DNA from: Candidatus Gastranaerophilales bacterium
Lineage (GTDB): Bacteria > Cyanobacteriota > Vampirovibrionia > Gastranaerophilales > JANQFW01
Direction of reading: 5' to 3'
Assembly (NCBI GenBank): GCA_028280605.1
Contig: JANQLL010000103.1
Span: 1 to 50,476 of the forward strand
DNA: 50,476 nucleotides
In this document: positions 19,440 through 29,667 of the stretch, in pieces
Layout: each line of letters opens with the position of its first letter
Position numbering within the stretch: the stretch's first letter is position 1
Notes under the pieces: model-generated
Databases searched by the model: none
What the model was told of the DNA's origin: nothing
The model's input: only the letters and a program-made list of their open reading frames with translations
Made by a program: the position numbers and the translations under genes

Positions 19440-19477
19440 TGTTATATATAAAAAAACAAACAAGGATAAATATTTGC
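19440..19477 (-). promoter_or_regulatory. Conserved promoter-like motif (copy 2)
   Basis: GCAAAT-N14-GTTTTT-TTATAT-ATAACA-GAGTTTTAAACCTTACCC. Confidence 0.55.
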
Positions 19478-19598
19478 CTTTTCATGTTATAATTATTAAG
19501 TTATATTACAAATAACATCAAATTATCATATAATTTGATAAAATCATAATTAACTTATAAAATATTAGTGGATCTTTAGTGTTTGGAGGAGAGGTTTT

Positions 19599-20321
19599 AT
19601 GAAAAAATTTTTAATAACAACATTAGCTGCTTTATTGTTTGTAAATATAAATAATGGCATAGCTATGGGACAAAATATACAAGATCTGTCTTCCCAAAGT
19701 GTAATTAAAGCTAATATACAATCCCAAAGAATACCGATAGGCACAAAAATTAAATTAAGAATGGAGAATCCTGTAAACTCACAAAATTCGGCATTGGGAG
19801 ATTCTTTTATTTGTACAATTATGGAAGATATTATTGTAAATGATGAACTAATTTTACCGGCAGGCTCAATTATTAGAGGAAAAGTAGAAAATATAAAAAA
19901 GAACGCATTATTTTGTATTGGTGCAGAAATGACTATATCTCTAGAACATATTGTTACACCGGTCGGCAGGCAAGTTCCGTTAAAGGCTCGTCTTACAGGC
20001 ATTAACGGTTTAACTGATGAAGGTGTAATACGTGCTGGAGGCGGATATTTTAATCAATTGGAAAAAAATATGGATCGTAGCTCTGATGTTTTTCATAGAA
20101 TAACGAATGCTGGTCTTGAGTATGGTCAATCTATAGGAAATGGATTTCCTGTTGTTATAACAGCCCCGGCTGCGGCGGTAGGAGGTATTTTTGTTGGTGG
20201 TGGAACCTTTGTGACAAAATCAGTTATGGCTTTATTTAAAAAAGGACCAAACGTAAAAATCCACCCCGGAGATACATTTGAATTAATAACAACAGAAACT
20301 CTGGATATTCCTTCACATTAA
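19599..20321 (+). CDS. Exported protein with TrbI/VirB10-like beta domain
   Basis: Signal peptide; IPIGTKIKLRM, ILPAGSIIRGKV, KGPNVKIHPGD. Confidence 0.7.
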   Translation: MKKFLITTLAALLFVNINNGIAMGQNIQDLSSQSVIKANIQSQRIPIGTKIKLRMENPVNSQNSALGDSFICTIMEDIIVNDELILPAGSIIRGKVENIKKNALFCIGAEMTISLEHIVTPVGRQVPLKARLTGINGLTDEGVIRAGGGYFNQLEKNMDRSSDVFHRITNAGLEYGQSIGNGFPVVITAPAAAVGGIFVGGGTFVTKSVMALFKKGPNVKIHPGDTFELITTETLDIPSH

Positions 20322-20333
20322 TCGAGGTGAAGC

Positions 20334-21575
20334 ATGATAGCTGAAATTATTTGCGTGGGTGATGAATTAGTGCTGGGAGAAGTACTGAATACAAATGCAC
20401 AATTTTTATCAAAGGAACTTCTTTCATTAGGTATAAATTGCAAAAAACATACTATAGTTAAAGATAAAATAAATGATATTAAATATGCAATAAATAACTC
20501 AATCAAAGCTTCTAGTTTTATTATTTTAACAGGGGGACTCGGACCAACTGATGATGATATAACAATGCAAGCAATTGCACAGGCTTTTGATGTTGATTTA
20601 GTTCTTAATAATGATATATTAAGCGAGATAGAAAATTTTTTTAAAGTTCGCAATATTCAAATGCCTGTTTCAAATAAAAAGCAAGCATTTATACCGGATG
20701 GTGCAACTATACTGAATAACCCTGTGGGAACTGCACCAGGTATAATATGGGAAGTTAAAAAAAATACTTTTATTTTAGTATTTCCCGGCGTTCCATACGA
20801 AATGACAGAAATGTGGAATCAAAGTGCTAAGGATTATTTGAAAAACATTTCATCTGAAAATATAATAATAAAAAATCTCAAACATTTTGGCATACCCGAA
20901 GCTAAAATTGGTGAAAAAATTAAAAATATAATGACTAAGGATAACCCACACGTAGCGCCCTACGTTGATAACGGTACAACTCGTATACGTATAAAAGCTC
21001 ATAGCGAATCAATAGAAAAATCGAAAACGTTATTAGAAAATACTGAAAAAGAAATCCTAAAAAGAACAGCCGAATATTTTTACGGCTATGACAATGATAC
21101 TCTTGAATCTGTAGTTGGTCAACTTTTGAAAGATAAAAACTTAACTTTATCAATGGCCGAATCTTGTACAGGAGGACTTATAAGCTCTAAGTTGACTGAT
21201 ATATCAGGCAGTTCGGAATATATAAAGCTTAACCTTATCACATATTCAAATGAAGCAAAAGTAAATATGATAAATGTAAAAGAACAAACTCTAATAAATC
21301 ACGGTGCTGTAAGCGCTGAAACAGCTGAGGAAATGGCAAAGGGGATAAAACAATTATCAGGTTGCGATATTGGTCTTGGAATAACAGGTATAGCCGGACC
21401 AACAGGTGGTACTCCAGAAAAACCTGTTGGACTTGTTTATATAGGAGTTTGTAACCATGAAAGCTTAAACGTCTATAAAGTACAGCTAAACAGCAAATTG
21501 CCCAGATTTAAGATGAAAACGCTAGCTTGTGATTATGCACTTAATTTTTTAAGATTATTTCTTTTAAGTAGTTAG
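20334..21575 (+). CDS. cinA: Competence/damage-inducible protein CinA (MoCF + NMN deamidase domains)
   Basis: AEIICVGDEL, GGLGPTDDDIT, AESCTGG, TGIAGPTGGTPEKPVG. Confidence 0.95.
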   Translation: MIAEIICVGDELVLGEVLNTNAQFLSKELLSLGINCKKHTIVKDKINDIKYAINNSIKASSFIILTGGLGPTDDDITMQAIAQAFDVDLVLNNDILSEIENFFKVRNIQMPVSNKKQAFIPDGATILNNPVGTAPGIIWEVKKNTFILVFPGVPYEMTEMWNQSAKDYLKNISSENIIIKNLKHFGIPEAKIGEKIKNIMTKDNPHVAPYVDNGTTRIRIKAHSESIEKSKTLLENTEKEILKRTAEYFYGYDNDTLESVVGQLLKDKNLTLSMAESCTGGLISSKLTDISGSSEYIKLNLITYSNEAKVNMINVKEQTLINHGAVSAETAEEMAKGIKQLSGCDIGLGITGIAGPTGGTPEKPVGLVYIGVCNHESLNVYKVQLNSKLPRFKMKTLACDYALNFLRLFLLSS

Positions 21576-21652
21576 GTATTTGATTCACCCATTCATAAAA
21601 AAACTATCAGAGTATAGTTTACTTTATTAGCTTTTACATTAATGAAAATACA

Positions 21653-22912
21653 TTAGTCAATGCGTCTTAGATGTGTAACATCAAACGCTTCACATTCTTC
21701 TTTAGTTAATGCTCTACATTCCATAACGGTTTTTCCTAGAATACCGCTTAAGCTATGGAAATCACCTTCAGGATCAACTGTTATACCACTACTTTCAGCT
21801 TTTATATGTACTTTAGAATTTGTATCAGGTGTTGTTATGTACATTTGATTTCTGTAGGAATGAACAGTAGTGCCATCTTGTAGCTTGTGTTGACCATAAT
21901 TAAGAGCTTTACCATTAAGGTACATTTCCCCGGATTTAGTAAATTGTATATTATCATTGCCTGCTTTTACATTTAAGGTTCCAACAACCTGTGGATTTTT
22001 CGGGTCTTTATATGGAACATATTTGCCATCTATTTGTAAATTATCGCCGCTGAAGATGTTATAAGTGTTATTATCTATACCTTTGTGGTCAAATTTTATT
22101 CTTTTACCATTTTTAGCAACAACGTCATAATGGGGATCACCCCATTCGCCTCGTCCCTCTTTAGCTATATTATATTCTTTTGGAGGAGGGGGTGGAGGTG
22201 TCTTTATTGTTTTTATAGCTGTATTTACATTATTGACTAAGCCTTTAAAATCATTAACAGCTGCATTGGCGGCTTTGTTATAAATTTCCTGCTGAATATG
22301 TTGATTCAGCTGCGTATAAGTTTCTCTTACAAGACCATTAAAAATTTCCATCCTCATTTGATTAAACATATTTTGAAAACGATTTGCTAATGTATTAGTT
22401 GAAGGCATTTGCGGTGGTCTTGGAGGAACTTGCTGTGGGCTAGGCACCGGCTGCATAGGTCTTTGTTGTGGCATTGGTCTTGGCATTGATGCAGGAGCAG
22501 GTCTACTTGATCTTAAACCATTTAATATATTTAATAATTGACCTATTTGACCCATTAAAAAATTATTTGATTGACTGTTTAGTATTGGTGAATGTTTTGT
22601 TTGTACTACCGGCTTGTAGTAAGCTTGCGCAGGAATACCTGCAGGTGGTCTATAAAACTGTGGTGGTATCTTTGCAAGTCCTGGAGGTGGTGGATTAGAA
22701 TTTATCTGATTAATTGAGTTCCCATTGCTAACATTGACATTTTGGGAATTAGTTATAATATTAGAATTATACATAGGTGATTTGCCAAGCATATTATTAG
22801 TATTAAAAATACTGTCAGATGCACTAGGTGCAAAGCTGAATTTTTGTATTAATGAGTTTAAGCTTACGTTTAAATTATTTGAAAAAGGATCATTATAATT
22901 ATTAATTGTCAT
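21653..22912 (-). CDS. N/P/Q-rich protein with C-terminal GDPH (VWD-like) beta domain
   Basis: Low-complexity N-half, PPPPPP linker, then GEWGDPHY and terminal GILGKT; AAAGGA RBS. Confidence 0.75.
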   Translation of the reverse strand: MTINNYNDPFSNNLNVSLNSLIQKFSFAPSASDSIFNTNNMLGKSPMYNSNIITNSQNVNVSNGNSINQINSNPPPPGLAKIPPQFYRPPAGIPAQAYYKPVVQTKHSPILNSQSNNFLMGQIGQLLNILNGLRSSRPAPASMPRPMPQQRPMQPVPSPQQVPPRPPQMPSTNTLANRFQNMFNQMRMEIFNGLVRETYTQLNQHIQQEIYNKAANAAVNDFKGLVNNVNTAIKTIKTPPPPPPKEYNIAKEGRGEWGDPHYDVVAKNGKRIKFDHKGIDNNTYNIFSGDNLQIDGKYVPYKDPKNPQVVGTLNVKAGNDNIQFTKSGEMYLNGKALNYGQHKLQDGTTVHSYRNQMYITTPDTNSKVHIKAESSGITVDPEGDFHSLSGILGKTVMECRALTKEECEAFDVTHLRRID

Positions 22913-22975
22913 GAATTTATCCTTTCATCGCCGGTTTATTAAATAAATCACCTATACATTTATTTAATATATATA

Positions 22976-23013
22976 ACTTATCTATATAAAAACGAGTAGT
23001 ATATATTAATTGT
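22976..23013 (-). promoter_or_regulatory. Conserved promoter-like motif (copy 3)
   Basis: ACAATT-N14-GTTTTT-ATATAG-ATAAGT, 64 bp upstream of ATG 22912. Confidence 0.55.
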
Positions 23014-23366
23014 CCTCAGTTATATATCAATCTTGTGCTTCTTAACAAAACTATATAAATGTAAATATTCATATGTGATCAGTATTTTTATGCTTTTTAG
23101 GTGGAGCGTCTGAGATGTTTTTTAGATTATTCAATTTTTTTATATTTTATAAAATAGTATATATTATGGTAATACTATGTGAGATGTAATTGGTGATTGG
23201 AATAAAATATTCTGATAATATGTATAATATATTTTTAAATAATAAAAAGTGCTGTGAATATCATTTTTACTTCATTTAAAGGATTCGTATTTAAAAAATA
23301 TAGCCTATTATTATGGCATACTAACTCAAATGAGTAGTATGAATATATAGGTTATAAATAATATGG

Positions 23367-23627
23367 ATGGCTAAAATGTTAGAAAGCAATGATGGAAAAA
23401 ATGTGCATACAATTCCACAAAAGATAGAGGGGGAAATATCAAGTTCAATTACAAAAAATTGGACTGATCAAGCTATCAGATGTTACAAAAGTAATTTCAA
23501 TTGTACTGAGTGTTCAATAGCTCAAGGAAATTACTCATTTGTTTGTCAAATGCCAAACGTTGTAAAGGTGTTATTAGAACAAGTTGGACCCCCTACTCAA
23601 GACAAAATAGAAAAACTTTTAGCATAA
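23367..23627 (+). CDS. Small four-Cys protein (possible metal binding)
   Basis: WT...CY-x4-CxxC-x10-CQM...GPP. Confidence 0.7.
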   Translation: MAKMLESNDGKNVHTIPQKIEGEISSSITKNWTDQAIRCYKSNFNCTECSIAQGNYSFVCQMPNVVKVLLEQVGPPTQDKIEKLLA

Positions 23628-23809
23628 AAATAGAAAAATTTTAAAGTATTTAAGCCAATGTCCTTAATATATATTGGTCAGATTGTATTTAAATAGAGAG
23701 TTTTTTAGAAAAATATATTACAAAAAATTTAAAATTGAGTGTTCAATGTTTTATTAGCTTTATTTTTTTTTTATTATTAGTTAATAAAAAAAATAAAGGA
23801 ATTGGTAAA

Positions 23810-24196
23810 ATGAAAATAATTAACAATACAAGTATTTATTCTCGCAAAAAAGCACAACGTTTAAATTCTCAAAAAGAAAAAATAAGGTTTACTGGGGCAG
23901 TACAGAGCTACTTACAAAGCTTAGGAAAAGCTGGACAAATTTCTGAAGACGACATTAATGCAGTGTACGGACTAAAAAATATAGCACTTGAGCTTAAAAA
24001 GCAGGGAAGCCCCTTAGGGCAACAGTTTCTTGATAAAATAAACGATTTAGAGAATAAGTTTAAACATGCGGTTGTCGTTAGTCAGCTAAAAGTGGAACTT
24101 TCTAATCTTGAACAACTTTGTGATAAAAATCAGCAAACTAAAGCTTATGTAGCAAGTCTAAAACTGCTTATTAAATTATTAAATGAAAAAAAATAA
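23810..24196 (+). CDS. Hypothetical helical protein (start revised from 23735)
   Basis: AAGGA RBS before ATG 23810; the upstream extension is poly-T/A. Confidence 0.65.
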   Translation: MKIINNTSIYSRKKAQRLNSQKEKIRFTGAVQSYLQSLGKAGQISEDDINAVYGLKNIALELKKQGSPLGQQFLDKINDLENKFKHAVVVSQLKVELSNLEQLCDKNQQTKAYVASLKLLIKLLNEKK

Positions 24197-24221
24197 AATG
24201 AGAATGAGTAAAAGGGGGAGG

Positions 24222-24737
24222 CTACCGACCCTGTTTATGTCTAATATAAGCAGATACAGCCTCACTTAAATTAGTAGGCTCTCTGTTTAATACCTCATCA
24301 TCATCAACACCTGTAGGAATAGCTTGATCTTCAGGCTGAAATCCTTTTCTGGTTACAATTTTATATAAAACACCTAAAATTAATAATAATAAAATTACAC
24401 CACCAAGAACAAATAGCAATATTTTAAATAACATAGATTCGAAAAAGGAACCGCCCTCTTGTTCTTGTTCATAGACCTGAGGGAGCGATTGTTGTTCGTC
24501 CTCATTATCCAGCCTGAAGGTTTTATAATTTTCATCTGATTTAACATCAATGTCATCAATAGTTTTATAAGCTTTTTGAATTGGAACATCCGCAAATGCA
24601 ATCTGAGGCATTGCGATTGTACTAAAAGAAAAAATTGTAATAAGAATAAATAAATACAAAAATAAATTATAAAAAGCTTGATGATTATTAGCTTTTTTCA
24701 ACAAGCTTTTAGTAAATTTATTTTTATAATTAAGCAT
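24222..24737 (-). CDS. Hypothetical membrane protein
   Basis: Signal/TM segment plus second TM helix; downstream of rne. Confidence 0.7.
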   Translation of the reverse strand: MLNYKNKFTKSLLKKANNHQAFYNLFLYLFILITIFSFSTIAMPQIAFADVPIQKAYKTIDDIDVKSDENYKTFRLDNEDEQQSLPQVYEQEQEGGSFFESMLFKILLFVLGGVILLLLILGVLYKIVTRKGFQPEDQAIPTGVDDDEVLNREPTNLSEAVSAYIRHKQGR

Positions 24738-24820
24738 TTAAATACTTCTCCATCTGCCTTACTGCCCAATTATATAATAAGAAAGGAAAAAATAAAAATT
24801 CTTTTTGTATTTGCTCCTTG

Positions 24821-26842
24821 TTATTCTTCACTTTCTTTTGCAGGTTTCTTTTTTACTGGTGTAGTCTTTTTCGCTGTAGTTCTTCTAGGTGTAGTTTTCT
24901 TAACTGTAGTTGTTTTTCGCTTGGTAGTTGAAGTTGACTTTGATGCTGTTGTTCTAGGCTTTTTAGCCGTAGTTCTTTTTTTAGGAGCTTCCTCCTCTGC
25001 TTTTTCTTCGGATTTTTCAGCAGTTTCTTCTATTACCATTGGCTCTTCTGCTTTTTCTTCAGTAGGTTCATCCACTACCGGTTCTTCTACTTTTTTCTCT
25101 TCTGGTTGCTCCTTCTCTGGATGCGCTTCTATTTTTTCAACCTGTTTGACAGGTGATACTTCTACAGCCTTTTTCGGAGGTTCTTGTGGTGTAGCAACAG
25201 GATGATTTTCGGCTTCAGCAAAAGCCATTTGCTCATAAGATTCAATTTCCTGTAATATAGAGAATACATCCATAATATAATCATCAGTCATTTTTTCTCT
25301 TGCCACATGTGGGGGCATAGCTGAGAATCTAACCATATCAGAATATTTTGGAACAAATCCTTTTTGTTTAAAGAATTCTTTTAGTGATTTTTGATCTAGT
25401 TTTTTTAGTTCAATGCCAACTACATCTTCTTCTTTCTTTTTCTGTACAGCTTCTTTAATTATAGATGGTGAGGTTTTTATCTGCCTCGCTGGTTTTTTTT
25501 CCGGTTTGGGTTCCGGTTTAGGCTCTATTGGCTGTGCTTGTTGTTGTGCGGTAGAAGATTTTAGGCGTGCGATTTTTTGAGCATTTTTAATTTTAGATGC
25601 TCTTATTCTATAATCATGTTCTTGAGGTGGTGGTGAGAAATTAAATTCTTCTATTACAGAACCACTACCTAAACATGCCGGACATTTTTTTGTGAATACT
25701 TCTGCAAGACTTTGTCCTTGCCTGTGTCTTGTCAATTCAACCAGACCTAAATCAGATAACTGACCAACTTGAGGCTTAGCCTTATCTTTATCCATTGCCA
25801 TTTCTAATTCTTCAAGAATAGCAAGCTGGTCAACACGATTTTCCATATCGATTAAGTCTATAATGATCATACCGCCAATATTTCTTAGTCTTAATTGACG
25901 TGCGATTTCTTCAATTGACTCTAAATTAGTTTGTCTAATCGTTTCATTTTGCGTTGCAGAACTGGTAAATTTACCGCTATTAACGTCTATGACCGTCAAT
26001 GCTTCAGTTGTTTGGATATATAAATAACCACCACTTGGCAGATTTACTTTTGTTTGCAATGCTGATCTAATTTCTTTGTCAATACCCTTGGATACAAGTA
26101 TTGACTCTGTACCCTTATGAACAGAAACAGTTATTCCGCTTCCTATATTCCAATTTTGCAGTAATTGATTAGTTCTATTTAGTGCAAATTGTGTATCAAC
26201 AATAATATCTTTAATTTCTTCCGTACAAGCTTCTCTTATAACTTTGTATAACAAATCTTGATCTCTATACAAAAGATTAGGAGGAGAAACTGTATCTGCA
26301 GCAGTTACAATATTGTTCCATCTTTCTACCAGCAGTTCTAAATCTTCCTGAATTTCAGATTCTTTTTGCCCTTCGGCTTCTGTTCTGATAATAATACCAA
26401 CACCTTTGGGTTTTAACAAATTTACAATAGACTTTAAACGACCTCTCTCTTTAGCTGATGCAATTTTACGACTTACACTAGCACCTTTTTCATCAGGCAT
26501 AAATACTAAAAATCTTCCGGGTAGGCTAATTGCCGTAGTAACTCTAGGACCTTTATGTCCAGTAGGTTCTTTAATAATTTGAACTAATAACTGTTGCTTC
26601 GGTTTCAATCTCTCGGTCAGTGCGCCTTTACCTGCAATATCAGACGAATGTAAAAATCCCATTTTATCACCGCCTAAATTAACAAAAGCAGCATCAATAC
26701 TAGGCAATATATTTTCGACAGAGGCAAGATACACATCACCCAGTAACATATCACCTCGATTTATAATAAATTCTACGGCTTTTCCGCCCTCTACTACTGC
26801 TGCAATATTGTCACGTTCCGAGATTACTATAGATTTACTCAT
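24821..26842 (-). CDS. rne: Ribonuclease E/G family with long charged C-terminal tail
   Basis: S1 domain IDAAFVN, KEPTGHKGPR, TEALTVIDVNSG, RQLRLRNIGG, CPACLGSG. Confidence 0.95.
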   Translation of the reverse strand: MSKSIVISERDNIAAVVEGGKAVEFIINRGDMLLGDVYLASVENILPSIDAAFVNLGGDKMGFLHSSDIAGKGALTERLKPKQQLLVQIIKEPTGHKGPRVTTAISLPGRFLVFMPDEKGASVSRKIASAKERGRLKSIVNLLKPKGVGIIIRTEAEGQKESEIQEDLELLVERWNNIVTAADTVSPPNLLYRDQDLLYKVIREACTEEIKDIIVDTQFALNRTNQLLQNWNIGSGITVSVHKGTESILVSKGIDKEIRSALQTKVNLPSGGYLYIQTTEALTVIDVNSGKFTSSATQNETIRQTNLESIEEIARQLRLRNIGGMIIIDLIDMENRVDQLAILEELEMAMDKDKAKPQVGQLSDLGLVELTRHRQGQSLAEVFTKKCPACLGSGSVIEEFNFSPPPQEHDYRIRASKIKNAQKIARLKSSTAQQQAQPIEPKPEPKPEKKPARQIKTSPSIIKEAVQKKKEEDVVGIELKKLDQKSLKEFFKQKGFVPKYSDMVRFSAMPPHVAREKMTDDYIMDVFSILQEIESYEQMAFAEAENHPVATPQEPPKKAVEVSPVKQVEKIEAHPEKEQPEEKKVEEPVVDEPTEEKAEEPMVIEETAEKSEEKAEEEAPKKRTTAKKPRTTASKSTSTTKRKTTTVKKTTPRRTTAKKTTPVKKKPAKESEE

Positions 26843-26869
26843 AAAAAATTTTTTCCTCGTAATAAACCT

Positions 26870-29494
26870 TTATTTTAATTCTTTTAAATTCCTATCCATT
26901 AATCTTACTCGTCTTATCCGCCATTTTACACCCGGCATAAGTGCCTCAAGAAACTCATTTGGTTTAACAATAGGAATATTAACATCATCATTTTTATCTG
27001 TTTGTCCAATTCTAAGGACGAATTCCAGTTTATCTTTCTTCAATTCAATATTTTGAACACTTGATTTAATATCAATAATTTTTTTTGTTTTCTTTTTAAA
27101 GTTAGTTTTTTCAATAAGTATACTTTCTGACCTTAAAAAGTTATTAATTTTTTCATTTATAGACTGCGCATCATCTAGCATATTTTCTATAGGTTGAGCT
27201 GTATATTTTGCCCATTTTGCGATTTTATCAACAACTGGTTGAGAGCTGCATATTTTTAGTACTTCAAGTACTTTAGACTCCTCAGGCAAATTTTTATTTA
27301 ATCGTTCTAACAACTCCTCTTCTTGAAGTTCTTCTACCAGTTCAATATCTGCAAATTCCGTTTCACTTTCCAAAAATAAGACTAATGCTAAACTGATAGA
27401 TATTTTAGGTGAAGGGTTAAAACCCTTAGTAAAGTTTAAACTAATACCGCTTTTTTTAAATGCTTTATACAAAAGTTTTTGCCAATCCAGATGAGAGATA
27501 TATCGCAAAAAACCAGTTTTTTGTAATTTCAAACGGTATCGAAAAACTTTTTCATATACCTTTCTGATATTTATTCTATCACAATTCTCAATTTGTGGAA
27601 TACCTTTATTAATAATTTTTTTTCTATTCATATTTTTACATATTCCACAATTGGCACAATTATCTTCACAGCAAGTTATCAAGCTTTCTTCCACTGCTGC
27701 TAAATAATTTTTTTTCAGCCAGCATTTATCAATTCCCGCATTTATAATATCCCACGGGAGTGAATCATCCGGGGTTAACAACCTGCCGGAATAATCGTCC
27801 ATATTAATGCCACTTTCATCAAAGGCATTTTCCCACAAAGCAATGTTAAAATATTCATCCCAAGGGTCAAGATATGCACCTTTTTCATAAACTTTTTCAA
27901 TAACATTACATAAATTCCTGTCACCCTTTGCAAGTACAGCTTCTAATTGGCTATGTGATGGTGCATGAAATTTAAGTCTTGTTCCTTTTATATATTTTAT
28001 TTTTGATTTTAAGTATGATATTTTTTCTGAAATAACTTTTTTAGAATCTTGGGCACACCACTGAAATGGAGTAAATGGCTTGGGGACAAAAATCGAAACC
28101 GTGCAAGTTATATCAAGGTGTCCAGATAGATTTTTTTCTTTTCTGATTGCTTTACTTTTGTCTTTTATATTTTCTAGCAAAAGCAAAATAGCATCTAAAT
28201 CCTCATAAGTTTCAAACGGCAAACCTATCATAAAATACAATTTAACACTCTTCCAGCCTGCTTGGTATACTGTCATTACGGCATCTAAAATTTGCTCTTC
28301 AGTTAGATTTTTATTAATAATATTTCGCATTCTTTGGCTACCAGCTTCTGGCGCAAATGTTAAAGTGCTTTTTCTAACAGATTGAACCATTTCCGCTAGG
28401 CTTAAGCTAAAATTATCTGCCCTCTGGCTTGGCAAAGAAATTGATGTCCCTTCTGGCGCAAATTTATTATTTAAAGCACATACAAGCGGTTCAATCTCAT
28501 TATAATCACTGGATGATAATGATAATAAAGAATACTCATCATAACCCGTATTTCTTAAAAGTTTTTCAGCAAGATCAATTACTTTAGTTGAATCTTGTTC
28601 TCTTATGGGTAAATTAACGTGTCCCGGTTGGCAAAATCTGCACATCCGACCGCAACCGCGTCTAACTTCAATCACTGCCCTGTCATGTACTCCTGGTGTA
28701 TAAGGTACCGGATGATCTTCAGGGCAATCAATTGTTTTTAGATCAGTAACTATTCTTCTTTTAATATTATCACTTACACCATCTTTTTGGGGTATAGGTT
28801 TCGAAAAATTCCCTTGCATTTCATAAAAAGATGGGGCGTAAAGCCCTTCAATTTTAGATAAATTAAATATAATTTCTTTCCGTGGCATATTATGCCCTTT
28901 TAATTCACTATATTTCTCAAGCAATTCCCTGTTAACGTCTTCTCCATCGCCAATAGTAAACAAGTCAATAAATTCTGCCATAGGTTCAGGGTTATAGCAA
29001 CAAGGTCCGCCTGCAATTATTATAGGGTGAGATTCATCCCTTTTATTATTCCTGATAGGAATTCCTCCCAGTTCCAGCATTGCTAAAGCCGTTGGATAAC
29101 TTAATTCATATTGCAAAGAAAATGCAACAAAATCAAATTGATTAAGTGGTTTAAAAGATTCTAATCCGTATAACAAAAGGCTATTTTCTTCTAATTTTTC
29201 TTTAAAATCTTTGTCCGGTGCATAAACTCTATCCGCATAGAAATCATTATCCATTACATTGTTAATAATATTATATAAGACTCTTAGCCCTAAATTTGAG
29301 ATCCCAACTTCGTACAAATCAGGAAAAGCAAAAGCTAATTTTACTTTTGAATCATCCCATTTCTTTTGCGAACACCCTAGTTCGTTACCTATATACCTTG
29401 ATGGTTTTTTTACATCTGATAATATTTTTTCAAGCTTATCTAATCCAAACACTTTCAAATAAGATTGCTCTTCGCGTGAGCTCTCTAAAACCAT
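26870..29494 (-). CDS. B12-binding radical SAM protein fused to DUF2344-like domain (TIGR03960/TIGR03936-like)
   Basis: KPSRYIGNE, FPDLYEVG, RGCGRMCRFC, APEAGSQRMR, ISHLD...GFNPSPK. Confidence 0.92.
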   Translation of the reverse strand: MVLESSREEQSYLKVFGLDKLEKILSDVKKPSRYIGNELGCSQKKWDDSKVKLAFAFPDLYEVGISNLGLRVLYNIINNVMDNDFYADRVYAPDKDFKEKLEENSLLLYGLESFKPLNQFDFVAFSLQYELSYPTALAMLELGGIPIRNNKRDESHPIIIAGGPCCYNPEPMAEFIDLFTIGDGEDVNRELLEKYSELKGHNMPRKEIIFNLSKIEGLYAPSFYEMQGNFSKPIPQKDGVSDNIKRRIVTDLKTIDCPEDHPVPYTPGVHDRAVIEVRRGCGRMCRFCQPGHVNLPIREQDSTKVIDLAEKLLRNTGYDEYSLLSLSSSDYNEIEPLVCALNNKFAPEGTSISLPSQRADNFSLSLAEMVQSVRKSTLTFAPEAGSQRMRNIINKNLTEEQILDAVMTVYQAGWKSVKLYFMIGLPFETYEDLDAILLLLENIKDKSKAIRKEKNLSGHLDITCTVSIFVPKPFTPFQWCAQDSKKVISEKISYLKSKIKYIKGTRLKFHAPSHSQLEAVLAKGDRNLCNVIEKVYEKGAYLDPWDEYFNIALWENAFDESGINMDDYSGRLLTPDDSLPWDIINAGIDKCWLKKNYLAAVEESLITCCEDNCANCGICKNMNRKKIINKGIPQIENCDRINIRKVYEKVFRYRLKLQKTGFLRYISHLDWQKLLYKAFKKSGISLNFTKGFNPSPKISISLALVLFLESETEFADIELVEELQEEELLERLNKNLPEESKVLEVLKICSSQPVVDKIAKWAKYTAQPIENMLDDAQSINEKINNFLRSESILIEKTNFKKKTKKIIDIKSSVQNIELKKDKLEFVLRIGQTDKNDDVNIPIVKPNEFLEALMPGVKWRIRRVRLMDRNLKELK

Positions 29495-29543
29495 TTTTTT
29501 ATATTTTTCTCCAGATATCTATTTTATTTATAAATTGAATAAA

Positions 29544-29569
29544 CTGAAAAGTATTTTAGAGCTAGTATA
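29544..29569 (-). repeat. Single end of MITE-like repeat
   Basis: CTGAAAAGTATTTTAGAGCTAGTATA, near-identical to the end of the 11114 copy. Confidence 0.65.
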
Positions 29570-29667
29570 AAACAAGCCGAAATGTTTTATTCCTCACTCT
29601 TTTTAATATCATTATAAACTAAAAAAAATTTTTTTATATTTTTAAATTTATCTAATGAAAAAATTCA

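Noticed and set aside
19599-20321. Type IV secretion system
   Set aside because: Single TrbI-like domain protein with no other virB genes in the window
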